From assembly GCA_035717985.1 (NCBI GenBank), contig DASTHW010000014.1:17691-81690 (forward strand): a stretch of DNA of 64,000 nucleotides. Direction: 5' to 3'. Of this stretch, positions 37,272 through 46,555 are shown piece after piece. The position numbers were made by a program, and so were the translations under genes. The notes beneath the pieces were generated by a model. The model saw nothing but the letters and a program-made list of their open reading frames with translations. It was not told where the DNA came from and made no database searches. Source of the DNA: Candidatus Saccharimonadales bacterium (GTDB lineage: Bacteria; Patescibacteriota; Saccharimonadia; Saccharimonadales; UBA10212). The stretch's first letter is position 1. Every line of letters starts with the position of its first letter.

Positions 37272-37610
37272 ATGGTTGAGATTACCGATGAATTTATGAA
37301 TGATATGCGGGCTAAAGCCAAGAATTATACTGTCGCTATTCTTAAAAAAGGCCCTAATTACCAGCAGGATAGTGAAAAGAAAATTATTTTTGAGCACGGC
37401 CGGCGCAACTACCAGCTGAGGGCTGACGGTGTACTGTCGATTGTCTGCCCGATTTTAGATAACGGCGATTTTGCCGGTATAGGCGTGTTTAATTGCTCGG
37501 TAGATGAAGCCTCGAAAATATTGCAAGACGATCCTGCCATTAAAGCCGGAATACTATCCTACAGCGTCCACCCAAGCCGGAGCTTTCCCGGCGACTCCTT
37601 ACCAGGCTAG
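37272..37610 (+). CDS. Hypothetical protein, possibly YciI-like
   Basis: 112 aa. Size and the AILKKGPNY...HGRRNYQLRADGVL pattern loosely resemble YciI-like proteins; weak assignment. Confidence 0.45.
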   Translation: MVEITDEFMNDMRAKAKNYTVAILKKGPNYQQDSEKKIIFEHGRRNYQLRADGVLSIVCPILDNGDFAGIGVFNCSVDEASKILQDDPAIKAGILSYSVHPSRSFPGDSLPG

Positions 37611-37653
37611 GTTAACGATCTAGCCTATACAAAAGTAAGTATTTTATAGATTT

Positions 37654-39318
37654 TTATATAGCCGCAAATTCAAAAGAGCAAAGACGCATTGCTGATTTGC
37701 CGATTAAATATGCACTAGCGGCGGCCCGCTTAATATTATTGACAACTTTTAAAAGCTTTTTGATAAACTCGTGGGTGCCTTTGTCTTGCAGGCGGGTCAT
37801 CACTTCTTCCTTCGTTTTTGCTTTGCCGGCTGGACGGTTCAGCCGGCTATTAAAGGATAGGCGCACAAAGGATTCTAGTAGCTCAGGGGTATACTCGAGC
37901 TGAACTTCCTTGAAAAGCTGAATAAATAGTTCTTCCAGATTCTCTTGAGTCGCCTCTTGGCCGGTCAATGTTTCTGAATTATCGACTGGAAGCTTGACCG
38001 GAGCCTGCAGAGCCTCCTCCAGCAGTCGGCGTACAGAAGCATTGTCTTCTTCCATTGGTGGATTTTCTAGGGCGACAACTATTTGCTCAAGCGCCGACTC
38101 TACTTCCTCGATTGGTACGCCTAGCTCCACCAGGCTTTTGTCAAAACTTTGGTCTGCCGGGTCTAGGTTTTCCGGGCTGGCTAGCTCTTCGGCCGAGCCG
38201 GAAAACAAAGGCTCAGCCGGGTCTGGACCATCAATATTTTTGGCTTCATCATATACATCCAAATCCAAACCTTCTTGAAGTAAATCCGGACTCTCCTGAG
38301 AATCAGAAGCATAATCTACTTCAATCTCAACAGCCTTGTCTTCGGGGAATTCAGATATACCCTGCCCAAAAGCATCAGTATCCAGAGGGCTTAAGGCTGT
38401 AGGTTCTACTGACTCAAGGTGATTGTCTATTTTAGCCTTAGGCCTTGGTTTGATCTCCGTTGTCGCGGCGGGGAGATCTTCAATTAAAATATCAGGTTCA
38501 TATCTATCATCGAGAGTAGATATCTTTGGAGCTTCGATTTTATCTGTTTCTAAAGGGGCTGGCTTGTCTTTGGGTTTAAAGTCACCTTTCCGCGTATCTG
38601 CAGGAATCTTTGGTTTAAGTGCAGGGCTGGATGACTTTACGGGCGTGATGGGTTCTGGCGATTTTTTTATAGCTGGAGCCGAACTTTCCAGGGGGCGGGC
38701 CGATTCGGCGCGTGGAGAGGGGGCCGGGCTGTTTACATCTCTGACTATGTCAGAAACAGGGGGCGAAAAGGCCGTTTGCTCGATAGCCGGCGCTGGGTCT
38801 GGGGTCTTTTGAATTTCTACGGCACCTTTAGGCTTAGGCCTAGCCTCGGGCTTGGCGGCCTCGGCAGAAAGTAGCTCCGCCGGCTGATTGGCCTCTACGG
38901 CCGGCAGGCGTTTTTTGCTGGCGGCCGGAGCTAATTTCCCGGCCGGCTCTTTAGATTCGATTTCCGCTGGAGCCTGCTCATCACTTAAATCTTCAACTTC
39001 ATCTTCAACCTCAAGCTCCAGGTCACCATTTTTTTTCTCTTGGGCCTTTGCCTTAGCAAGTAATAACAGTGAGATGGCCTCTGCATAGAACCTATCAACA
39101 TTCTCCTCGGTAACGGCGCCGCCGCACATAGCCATCAAAGCGCCAAAAGGCATTTCCACACCCGGCAAGCGGGGGCTTTCAACTATTACATCGGCATTTT
39201 CAGCTACAAAAGACCAAAATTCGGCTACTCTATTGCCACTGGCGTCGCTTGCCTCTGGGCCGTCGTCTAAAACAGCCTGATCCTCTTCCGGCAAAAGAAC
39301 CGTAGTCTCCGCACCCAT
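37654..39318 (-). CDS. Hypothetical acidic, Pro/Glu/Ala-rich protein (554 aa)
   Basis: Long ORF. Its N-terminal about 90 aa shares a PFGxLM...C motif with the upstream 83-aa gene. Long disordered middle, helical C-terminus. Confidence 0.6.
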   Translation of the reverse strand: MGAETTVLLPEEDQAVLDDGPEASDASGNRVAEFWSFVAENADVIVESPRLPGVEMPFGALMAMCGGAVTEENVDRFYAEAISLLLLAKAKAQEKKNGDLELEVEDEVEDLSDEQAPAEIESKEPAGKLAPAASKKRLPAVEANQPAELLSAEAAKPEARPKPKGAVEIQKTPDPAPAIEQTAFSPPVSDIVRDVNSPAPSPRAESARPLESSAPAIKKSPEPITPVKSSSPALKPKIPADTRKGDFKPKDKPAPLETDKIEAPKISTLDDRYEPDILIEDLPAATTEIKPRPKAKIDNHLESVEPTALSPLDTDAFGQGISEFPEDKAVEIEVDYASDSQESPDLLQEGLDLDVYDEAKNIDGPDPAEPLFSGSAEELASPENLDPADQSFDKSLVELGVPIEEVESALEQIVVALENPPMEEDNASVRRLLEEALQAPVKLPVDNSETLTGQEATQENLEELFIQLFKEVQLEYTPELLESFVRLSFNSRLNRPAGKAKTKEEVMTRLQDKGTHEFIKKLLKVVNNIKRAAASAYLIGKSAMRLCSFEFAAI

Positions 39319-39362
39319 TCTCTAATAATAAACGTAAGCCGTTTAATAACCTAGTTTAAGAA

Positions 39363-39614
39363 CTAGGTAGATGATCTGCCGTGGCCCCTTCCGGATAAGA
39401 TATCCTCGGCGGTCTTTCTGTATTCGTCAGGCGGAATGGTGGCAGGGTCTTCGGGGCAAAAAGCCCGCATTAACTGACCAAATGGTAAAGTAGTAGTCTT
39501 TCTGCCATCAGGTGTATCGTATTCGTACTTTATAGGGATATTATCTATGCCGCCGTATTGGCGTATCAGCTCGTCTATATCTAGCGATTGCTCGCCGGTT
39601 TTCCTAGATTCCAA
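39363..39614 (-). CDS. Hypothetical small protein (83 aa) sharing a domain with 37654..39318
   Basis: LPFGQLMRAFCP...DEYRKTAEDIL parallels MPFGALMAMCGG...DRFYAEAISLL. Confidence 0.5.
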   Translation of the reverse strand: MESRKTGEQSLDIDELIRQYGGIDNIPIKYEYDTPDGRKTTTLPFGQLMRAFCPEDPATIPPDEYRKTAEDILSGRGHGRSST

Positions 39615-39719
39615 AACTGTACCTTCTAGTTACTACTTTATTATGACACGCCGTATTGCACTAACCAATTGACGCCGGAGTAGCGTAAGCATAAGCTAGA
39701 TATGTAAATAAAGGCTTTT

Positions 39720-40364
39720 ATGCTAGAACACCTATATAAATTTAAACTAGATTTTAAGCTACTAGCCCCAGCGCTTTTTGTACTAGCAATTAGTGGCTCT
39801 ACGGCCCTAGCTTTGCCGGCGCATGCTAGCACGCTAGCCCAAACTAACCCGCAAACAACAGCCAATAATTATCCGAGTCCGCCAGCTGGCCAAATGGGTG
39901 GCGGTACTGAAGGAAGAGCCAATGCTCAGACTCGCCTGGAGGCCGCCAAACTTAAGGCCTGCCAAAACCGTGAAAAGGCCATAGATAATATAATGGCGCG
40001 GATTTCTGACCGCGGCCAGAAACAGTTAAATCTTTTCACCACCATTGCCACTCGGGTAGAAAACTTCTATACCAAGCAAGGCAAAACCTTAAGTAACTAC
40101 GACACGCTTGTCTCGGCTGTTAACAACCAAAAAGCCGCCGCCCAAACCGAGGTAGATACAATTAAATCCGACAGCGTTAGCTTCAAGTGCGACGGCAGTG
40201 ACCCCAGAGGCGTCGCACAATCTTTTAAGGGTGACCTCAAATCAGTGATATCGGCTCTGCAGGCTTACCGCACAGCTGTAAAGAACTTAATCGTCGGGGT
40301 AGCTGGAGTTCAAAGTACAACCAGCCCGTCGAGCAATACTGGCACACAGGGGAGTCAACAATGA
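39720..40364 (+). CDS. Secreted helical protein (214 aa)
   Basis: Signal peptide LLAPALFVLAISGSTALALPAHAS. 4-nt overlap with the downstream pilin-like gene. Confidence 0.6.
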   Translation: MLEHLYKFKLDFKLLAPALFVLAISGSTALALPAHASTLAQTNPQTTANNYPSPPAGQMGGGTEGRANAQTRLEAAKLKACQNREKAIDNIMARISDRGQKQLNLFTTIATRVENFYTKQGKTLSNYDTLVSAVNNQKAAAQTEVDTIKSDSVSFKCDGSDPRGVAQSFKGDLKSVISALQAYRTAVKNLIVGVAGVQSTTSPSSNTGTQGSQQ

Positions 40365-40666
40365 CCATGAAGAACAATCAAAACGGTTTTTCGGCATTTG
40401 AGTTGATTATTGTAGTTTTGGTAATAGCTATCATCGGGGTAGCCGGCTACTGGGTCTATAACAAGGACCATACTGCCACACCTGGCACGCCGCAAACAGT
40501 GGCTAACACCAGTTCGCCAGCCAAAGCTACAGATGTATCTTCGGCCCCCGCCATAAATACACCCAGCGACCTGACCAAGGCTGAGCAGATCCTTGATCAA
40601 AACGATCCATCTACGGCAAATAACTCCGACAGCACCCAGTTGGACAGTCAGCTATCCGCCTTCTAA
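40361..40666 (+). CDS. Prepilin-type N-terminal cleavage/methylation domain protein (type IV pilin-like)
   Basis: QNG|FSAFELIIVVLVIAIIGV: Gly cleavage site, Phe+1, Glu+5, hydrophobic helix. Confidence 0.75.
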   Translation: MTMKNNQNGFSAFELIIVVLVIAIIGVAGYWVYNKDHTATPGTPQTVANTSSPAKATDVSSAPAINTPSDLTKAEQILDQNDPSTANNSDSTQLDSQLSAF

Positions 40667-40753
40667 CACAACTGTAGCCACGCTATTAGCTAATGGCATT
40701 GCTTGTTTATAAAACTTATGGTATAATTTGCCAAGGTTTATTTAGGAGCAAGA

Positions 40754-41350
40754 ATGGCTGGAGAGAAACTTTTAGGCGCTAAGAGCAGAGCCGAACAACG
40801 GACTCTAGAGATGGCTATGGATACCGCTAATCGGGCGGCCGCCGTTACCCGCGAAGTTGTGGACAGGCATGTTGATCTGCTTGGGGAAGATTTAGCAGAG
40901 TTAATGGTCCATAGAGATTATGAAGCCGCTTATCAAGAAATAGTTAGAAAGCGAGAAGCTGGCGAACTGAACAATGAGGCCAGCCAGGCCCCCGGCCTAA
41001 CTGCTTATTTGACAGAAGAGGGCGCATCGACCCTTAAAGATATTCCAGGGATAAGTGACTACGCCGAGGGACTGGAGATGGCACCAGGTATGTTGGGTAG
41101 CTGGCGCTTGCGCATTAATGAGGGGATATATTCTACCGGTTGGGGTAATATTCAATTTCACGGTAGGGGCGCAGTCGAGCCGGACGGAAACTTTAGCCTA
41201 CAAGAGGATCCATTTTTCTTAGGCTATGGCTATGTTGTTAGGGTTGAGGGCGATAATGGTGAACTTTGGCAGAACAGGAACTACAACCCAGACGGCTCGT
41301 CAAAAGAGGTGAAAGCGCAGGGTCTATGGCCGCACGCAAACCAGCTATAG
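40754..41350 (+). CDS. Hypothetical protein (198 aa)
   Basis: ORF with AGGAGCAAGA upstream. No family recognised. Confidence 0.5.
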   Translation: MAGEKLLGAKSRAEQRTLEMAMDTANRAAAVTREVVDRHVDLLGEDLAELMVHRDYEAAYQEIVRKREAGELNNEASQAPGLTAYLTEEGASTLKDIPGISDYAEGLEMAPGMLGSWRLRINEGIYSTGWGNIQFHGRGAVEPDGNFSLQEDPFFLGYGYVVRVEGDNGELWQNRNYNPDGSSKEVKAQGLWPHANQL

Positions 41351-41371
41351 CTGACACTTCAAGGAAAGACT

Positions 41372-42160
41372 CTAATATTTAGCGGTCTCAGCGCGTCTTT
41401 CGCCGCGATTGAACGACATATATAAGACGCATAAAATAATCAGGCTCGTTAGCACTATACTAACGCCCCCATCACCCAGCCCTAAACCGCCAACGCTGTG
41501 AGATTTGCCAAACCAGTCGGCAAATGAAGCCCCAAGTGGGCGCGTTATTATATAGGCGAACCAAAAACTTAAAATTTCATTGAGGCCAAACAGCCAGAAG
41601 CCGATGGCCGGAATCAAAATTACAGCAGTGAAAAGAAGTCCCGCAGAAAAATAGCCTAGGCCCAAGCTTATTGCCGCCCAATCTCCGGCGGCGGTACCCA
41701 GGGCAAAGGTGGCGAAAACTGCTACCCAATAAAAAATCTCCCTGCGTGGGTTATTGACGGTGTGAATAGACAGCGTTTTCTCGCTCCCTCGCCAAACTAT
41801 AAAAACCAAGGCTAAAATTACGGCAAAAAATATAGTCGACGCTATATACGGTACGCCCAGCTGAATGTGAAGCACATCAGCGGCCATCGTACCAAAAACC
41901 GCCACCATCGTAACCGCGAACCAATATATCCAGGGCACATATTTTTTAGCAGAAAATTGAATCTTTAGAGCTATGGCAAATACAATGCCCCCAAGAATGA
42001 CGGCGGCGTAGGGGTTGATTCTAAAAACGAAAAAATCAGAAGTTGACTCACCCATGGCAGTTGACAATAACTTTGCCAACCAGAAGATGGCCGTAATTTC
42101 CGGAACTTTTCGAGCAATTGGTCGCCGCTGGTTCAGGCTCACATATAAATTATAAAGCAC
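41372..42160 (-). CDS. Integral membrane protein (COG4705-like)
   Basis: 262 aa with about 7 TM segments. The ITAIFWLAKLLSTAMGESTSDF N-terminus resembles the uncharacterised membrane-anchored protein family; weak. Confidence 0.55.
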   Translation of the reverse strand: MLYNLYVSLNQRRPIARKVPEITAIFWLAKLLSTAMGESTSDFFVFRINPYAAVILGGIVFAIALKIQFSAKKYVPWIYWFAVTMVAVFGTMAADVLHIQLGVPYIASTIFFAVILALVFIVWRGSEKTLSIHTVNNPRREIFYWVAVFATFALGTAAGDWAAISLGLGYFSAGLLFTAVILIPAIGFWLFGLNEILSFWFAYIITRPLGASFADWFGKSHSVGGLGLGDGGVSIVLTSLIILCVLYMSFNRGERRAETAKY

Positions 42161-42264
42161 GCTTATTAGCGAAGTCGTAGCGTAACTAAATTAATACTGC
42201 AAATTTTTGCTAGAGTATATATAAGCGTTATGTAAATATAGCCGGCCAGGTATCTAGAACAAAG

Positions 42265-42564
42265 ATGTCGCTTAAAAGCCACCACAAACTTAAAAAACAT
42301 ACCACGGCTCCGAATAAACAGCTGGAGCGGCTAATACTGATTGTAGCCATCGTTGAACCGCTAACTACCATTCCGCAAATACTACAGATTTATGTTTCGC
42401 GTAGTACCGGTTCTTCTATCGTTACCTGGGCTCTCTACCTTGCCGCTTCGGTGGTCTGGCTAGTCTACGGTATAAAAACCCGCAATTTGCCGATTATTGT
42501 GACCGATATCTTATGGGTATTGGTTGAGGCCATGGTGGTGGTTGGCCTGCTGGTGGTCCGTTAG
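42265..42564 (+). CDS. PQ-loop/SemiSWEET-like 3-TM transporter
   Basis: 99 aa, three TM helices, PQ motif (TTIPQILQIY). Confidence 0.65.
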   Translation: MSLKSHHKLKKHTTAPNKQLERLILIVAIVEPLTTIPQILQIYVSRSTGSSIVTWALYLAASVVWLVYGIKTRNLPIIVTDILWVLVEAMVVVGLLVVR

Positions 42565-42571
42565 GCCAGCC

Positions 42572-43777
42572 TTATAGGTGGCGACGGTAAAGACGCCACT
42601 GCCAGGCCGGGCCGGGCACATTATCGTCCGCTACCACATCGACATTATTTTTTTTGCCCCAGACTACGGCTGAGATAGTACCGACCTTTTGGCCGCGCTT
42701 AACAGTTACCATTTTATTACTGATATCTAGCTTAGAGCTGACTTGGCGGGTCTGCCAGGTAACAACATTTACATCATTTTTAGCTACCAGATTTACCACC
42801 GAGCCCCAGCTGGCGGCGTAGATGCCTAAAATCTCATTCTTCTTAGCCACCGTTACCTTAGTAAAGCCGTTATCGACAGAAAGCAGTAAGTCACGGCTGT
42901 CACTCATGGCGGCCGTTAGGTTGTCTGCACCCATGACGGCGCCGACGACCAGTATTTTTTGACCGTCAATATCCCGGCTAGCCGAAAATAGATAACAGCC
43001 GCCGGCCTGCTCGGTATTACCGGTTTTAATGCCGTTAATGCCGTTTGAGCCTAACAGCCAATTGGTATTTTTCACCGTGCCTGCCACCGGCAAGTCAGCC
43101 GAAGACTGACCAACTATGCCGCTCAGTACCGGATTACTCATAACGATTAAACCAAGGCTAGTAAGATCGGAGGCGGTACTGACAGATTGCGGCGAAAAGC
43201 CGCTGGCATCGGCTACGTGAGTATTTTTCAGCCCCAGCTGGCCCAGGTATTTATTGGCGTAGTTAACGTAACTATTCATCGAGCCCCAGCCCCAGCGCGC
43301 CAGGGTAAAGGCCATGTTGTTGGCCGAGGGCAAAAGCATAGCCTGCAGGGCCTGGTACTCACTTAACTGCTCGCCGGCGCTGACCGCTACTACCGAGCCG
43401 TCTTGGGCTACGTAGTTGTTATAGGCTGATACATCATCACTGGTTATGGTAATAGTTGGGCCTTGGTTGCCGGCAGACAGGGGGTGCTTTTTAAGTACGG
43501 CAAGAGCCGTAATCATCTTGGTACAGCTGGCAATCGGCTGGGCCACTTGGGCGCCGTGGCTATCTAAAAGGCCGTAGCCCTCGGCACCAACGGCGGCCTC
43601 GCCGTAAGAGGGCCAGTCTAAATTAACGGGTTGGGGCCGGCTTTTATAACTATAGCTGGTCTGGGCTTTTAGCGCCGGCAGGGGCAAGATCCAGGCAATT
43701 ATCAATATGGCTAAAATCACTAGAACACTCACCGGTAAAGGTGACCGGCGCTCAGGCTTTTTTTCTACCGTATTCAT
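42572..43777 (-). CDS. D-alanyl-D-alanine carboxypeptidase (S11, PBP5-like)
   Basis: SxxK (ASCTKM), SxN (LPSANN) and KTG (IKTGNT) motifs with an N-terminal anchor. Confidence 0.88.
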   Translation of the reverse strand: MNTVEKKPERRSPLPVSVLVILAILIIAWILPLPALKAQTSYSYKSRPQPVNLDWPSYGEAAVGAEGYGLLDSHGAQVAQPIASCTKMITALAVLKKHPLSAGNQGPTITITSDDVSAYNNYVAQDGSVVAVSAGEQLSEYQALQAMLLPSANNMAFTLARWGWGSMNSYVNYANKYLGQLGLKNTHVADASGFSPQSVSTASDLTSLGLIVMSNPVLSGIVGQSSADLPVAGTVKNTNWLLGSNGINGIKTGNTEQAGGCYLFSASRDIDGQKILVVGAVMGADNLTAAMSDSRDLLLSVDNGFTKVTVAKKNEILGIYAASWGSVVNLVAKNDVNVVTWQTRQVSSKLDISNKMVTVKRGQKVGTISAVVWGKKNNVDVVADDNVPGPAWQWRLYRRHL

Positions 43778-43857
43778 CTTAAGCTTTATAATAGCACCTC
43801 ATTACAGTTTTACCCCTGCAGAACTCATGTATAATGGCATATGAATAAGGAGAAAAA

Positions 43858-44451
43858 ATGCTGTTAATAATCGTGGGCATTATCATCGTCATCGCGTTAA
43901 TTCTGGCTCTTATATATAACAGCCTAGTCCGGGCAAAGGTGCGCGCAGACGAAGCCTGGAGCGACATTACCGTCCAGCTAAAGCGCCGCTATGATTTAAT
44001 CCCTAACCTGGTTAATACTGTGCAGGGTTATGCCGCCCATGAAAAAACCGTTTTTGAAGAGGTGACCGAGGCCCGAGCCCAGGCGCTGAACGCCCAAACT
44101 GTTACCGAGGCCGCCAAAGCCGACAACCAATTTCAGTCAGCCCTAAAAAGCCTATTTGCTGTAGCTGAAGCCTATCCGGATTTAAAGGCCAACCAAGGCT
44201 TCCAGCAATTACAGGCGGAGCTGGTTGATACAGAGGATAAAATCCAGGCCGCCCGCCGCTTTTATAACGGCGCGGTGCGCGACTTTAATATCAAGATCCA
44301 GACTCTGCCGACCAGTATTTTTGCCCAAATGCTGGGCTTTAAAAAGCGCGATTTCTTTGGTGTAGACGGAGCTGAGGGCGAGGCTATTGCCGAGCCGGTA
44401 AAAGTTGATTTTAATTCTTCTTCATCCAGCACTGCTGGGGATAAAAAATAA
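43858..44451 (+). CDS. LemA family protein
   Basis: N-terminal TM plus YNSLVRAKVRADEAWSDITVQLKRRYDLIPNLV and RRFYNGAVRDFN motifs. Confidence 0.88.
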   Translation: MLLIIVGIIIVIALILALIYNSLVRAKVRADEAWSDITVQLKRRYDLIPNLVNTVQGYAAHEKTVFEEVTEARAQALNAQTVTEAAKADNQFQSALKSLFAVAEAYPDLKANQGFQQLQAELVDTEDKIQAARRFYNGAVRDFNIKIQTLPTSIFAQMLGFKKRDFFGVDGAEGEAIAEPVKVDFNSSSSSTAGDKK

Positions 44452-44466
44452 CCAGAAGAGGTTAAT

Positions 44467-45333
44467 TTGTACGAACAAATTTCTGCCAACAAGCGGCGCA
44501 CCTGGTTTTTGATGCTGGCATTCGTGGTGGTGGCCTGGGCGCTAGCCTTCATAATTGGCAAGGCTCTGGGTAGTATCGATTTTCTATTCATAGTTGGGAT
44601 TTTGTCTTTGGTTTACGCCGGCTATAGCTATTTTGCCGGGGCTAAGATGGCACTGGCACTAAACGGGGCCAAAGAGATTCAAAAAGCCGACGATCCGCGG
44701 CTATGGCGGACAGTTGAAAATCTATCAATCACCGACGGTCTACCTATGCCCAAGGTCTATATAATGGACGACCCGGCACCTAACGCTTTTGCTACCGGCC
44801 GTGACCAGAACCATTCCGCCGTCTGTGCTACCACCGGCCTGCTAAGAATAATGGATGATACCGAACTTCAGGGAGTGATTGCCCACGAACTGGGGCATGT
44901 CAAAAATTATGACATTAAAGTTAATACTCTCGCCTTTGCCCTGGTAGGCATTATTTCGCTAATTGCTGATTTCTTTTTGCGGTTTGCTTTCTTCGGCGGC
45001 GAGCGGGAGGAACGCAACCAGCAATTAGCTATTTTAGCCCTAGTGGCGGCCATTTTGGCGCCAATTGCCGCCAGCCTACTACAGCTGGCTATTAGCCGCC
45101 GGCGGGAATATCTGGCTGATGCTACAGGTGCTTTGACGACCCGCTACCCCGAAGGCCTAGCCAGTGCCCTGGAAAAGCTGGAAGATGTCAGCACGGCTAC
45201 TAGAAAGCAAAATACCTCAACGGCCCATATGTTTTTTGCCAGCCCACTTCGCGGCCACAGCCTGCTTAATTTATTTAGCACCCACCCGCCGCTGGAAGCC
45301 CGCGTCAAGGCCCTCCGAGAGATGAAACTATAA
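44467..45333 (+). CDS. htpX: Zinc metalloprotease HtpX (M48)
   Basis: HELGHV zinc motif, 4 TM topology, TTG start. Confidence 0.88.
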   Translation: MYEQISANKRRTWFLMLAFVVVAWALAFIIGKALGSIDFLFIVGILSLVYAGYSYFAGAKMALALNGAKEIQKADDPRLWRTVENLSITDGLPMPKVYIMDDPAPNAFATGRDQNHSAVCATTGLLRIMDDTELQGVIAHELGHVKNYDIKVNTLAFALVGIISLIADFFLRFAFFGGEREERNQQLAILALVAAILAPIAASLLQLAISRRREYLADATGALTTRYPEGLASALEKLEDVSTATRKQNTSTAHMFFASPLRGHSLLNLFSTHPPLEARVKALREMKL

Positions 45334-45394
45334 CCTTTCATACTTTTGTACGACAAAGCAATGCTTTTTTCTTTTCCAAAGAAACAAATTCTTT

Positions 45395-45523
45395 GCCACC
45401 TTTTGCCGAAAAGGTGGCGCCAAACTCTCAGCGGCTGAAAAACTAAGAGCATCATAGCTTACCCAAAAAGCGGGCCAAGCCGAACGCCCTCGCTGACGCT
45501 CGGTTAAACATGCGTTTGGCGTC
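45395..45523. repeat. Structured intergenic element (E2) of the GCGCCAAA/TTTGGCGC family
   Basis: GGCGCCAAAC (45416-45425) pairs with GTTTGGCGTC (45514-45523). There is a 10-bp hairpin GCCACCTTTT-GCCG-AAAAGGTGGC. It shares the 11-mer GTTAAACATGC with E1. Confidence 0.55.
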
Positions 45524-45601
45524 TGCTTTTTAAGTGTCGCTAGGCCTTCTGTTTTTCAGATGCTGAAGGTTAAAACGGATGATTTTCGATATAATATAGC
45601 T

Positions 45602-46555
45602 ATGGCAAATGCGGCGGTAAAAAAGCGGCCAGAACCGGTTTTTAGACCCGGTCGTACCCGCAGACTCAATAAAAAGCAGGCTAAGACCAAAGCTAAGGCC
45701 GAAGCTAGAGCCAATACTCCGGTGCCGAACAGCTTTCGGTTGACCGCTCAGGTGGCTGGTATTTTCAAGAAAAATTGGAAGATTCTGCTGGGCATCGTAG
45801 TTGTCTATCTGATTTTAAATATCATTTTTGCCAGCGGCCTATCGGGGCTAGGTAATGCTGTTTCAACCATCAAAGTTGATCTAAAAAATGCCAACGGCGG
45901 CGGCCAAGCCCTAGCTAAAGGCATCAGCGGCTTTGGCTCTTTGGTGGGTAGCGCCGGGGCTTCTGGATCGGCCAGCGCTGGGATTTTGCAAAGCGTGCTG
46001 TTTGTGTTGGAGAGTCTGGTGATTATTTGGTCACTGCGCCAACTGCTGGCCGGCAAGACAATTGGCGTTAAGGAGGCTTATTACCACTCAATGTTTCCGT
46101 TGATACCATTTCTTTTAGTGCTGGCTGTAATTATTATTCAGCTTTTGCCAATAACCATTGGCGCGGCTGTGCTTAGCGCCGTACTGACTAGTACGGTCTC
46201 CAGCCTGACGCTGGCTAGCTGGCTATCTTGGATTTTCTTTATTTTGCTGGCCGGCTGGTCTTTTTATATGGTCAGCGGTTCGATTTTTGCCGCCTATATT
46301 GTCACCCTGCCGGATATGGCACCGCGGGACGCTCTACGCTCTGCCCGCAACTTAGTTCGCTTTCGACGCTGGCAGATTTTGCCTAAAATCTTGTACCTGC
46401 CGGTTTTTATTTTGATCGTTATGGCCATTATCATCGTGCCGCTAATTATTTTTGCTTCCTTTTTGGTGGCGCCGGTTTTTTATGTGCTTAGCATGCTGGC
46501 GATTTTGTTTGTTCACTCCTATTTATATAGTCTGTATCGAGGCTTACTGGAATGA
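45602..46555 (+). CDS. Hypothetical polytopic membrane protein
   Basis: ATG 45602 lies 6 nt after TATAAT (45590-45595). Lys-rich N-terminus then about 6 TM helices. Confidence 0.6.
   Translation: MANAAVKKRPEPVFRPGRTRRLNKKQAKTKAKAEARANTPVPNSFRLTAQVAGIFKKNWKILLGIVVVYLILNIIFASGLSGLGNAVSTIKVDLKNANGGGQALAKGISGFGSLVGSAGASGSASAGILQSVLFVLESLVIIWSLRQLLAGKTIGVKEAYYHSMFPLIPFLLVLAVIIIQLLPITIGAAVLSAVLTSTVSSLTLASWLSWIFFILLAGWSFYMVSGSIFAAYIVTLPDMAPRDALRSARNLVRFRRWQILPKILYLPVFILIVMAIIIVPLIIFASFLVAPVFYVLSMLAILFVHSYLYSLYRGLLE

Noticed and set aside
45144-45455. 103-aa minus-strand ORF
   Set aside because: It is antisense to the htpX 3' end and runs through repeat element E2. No support.
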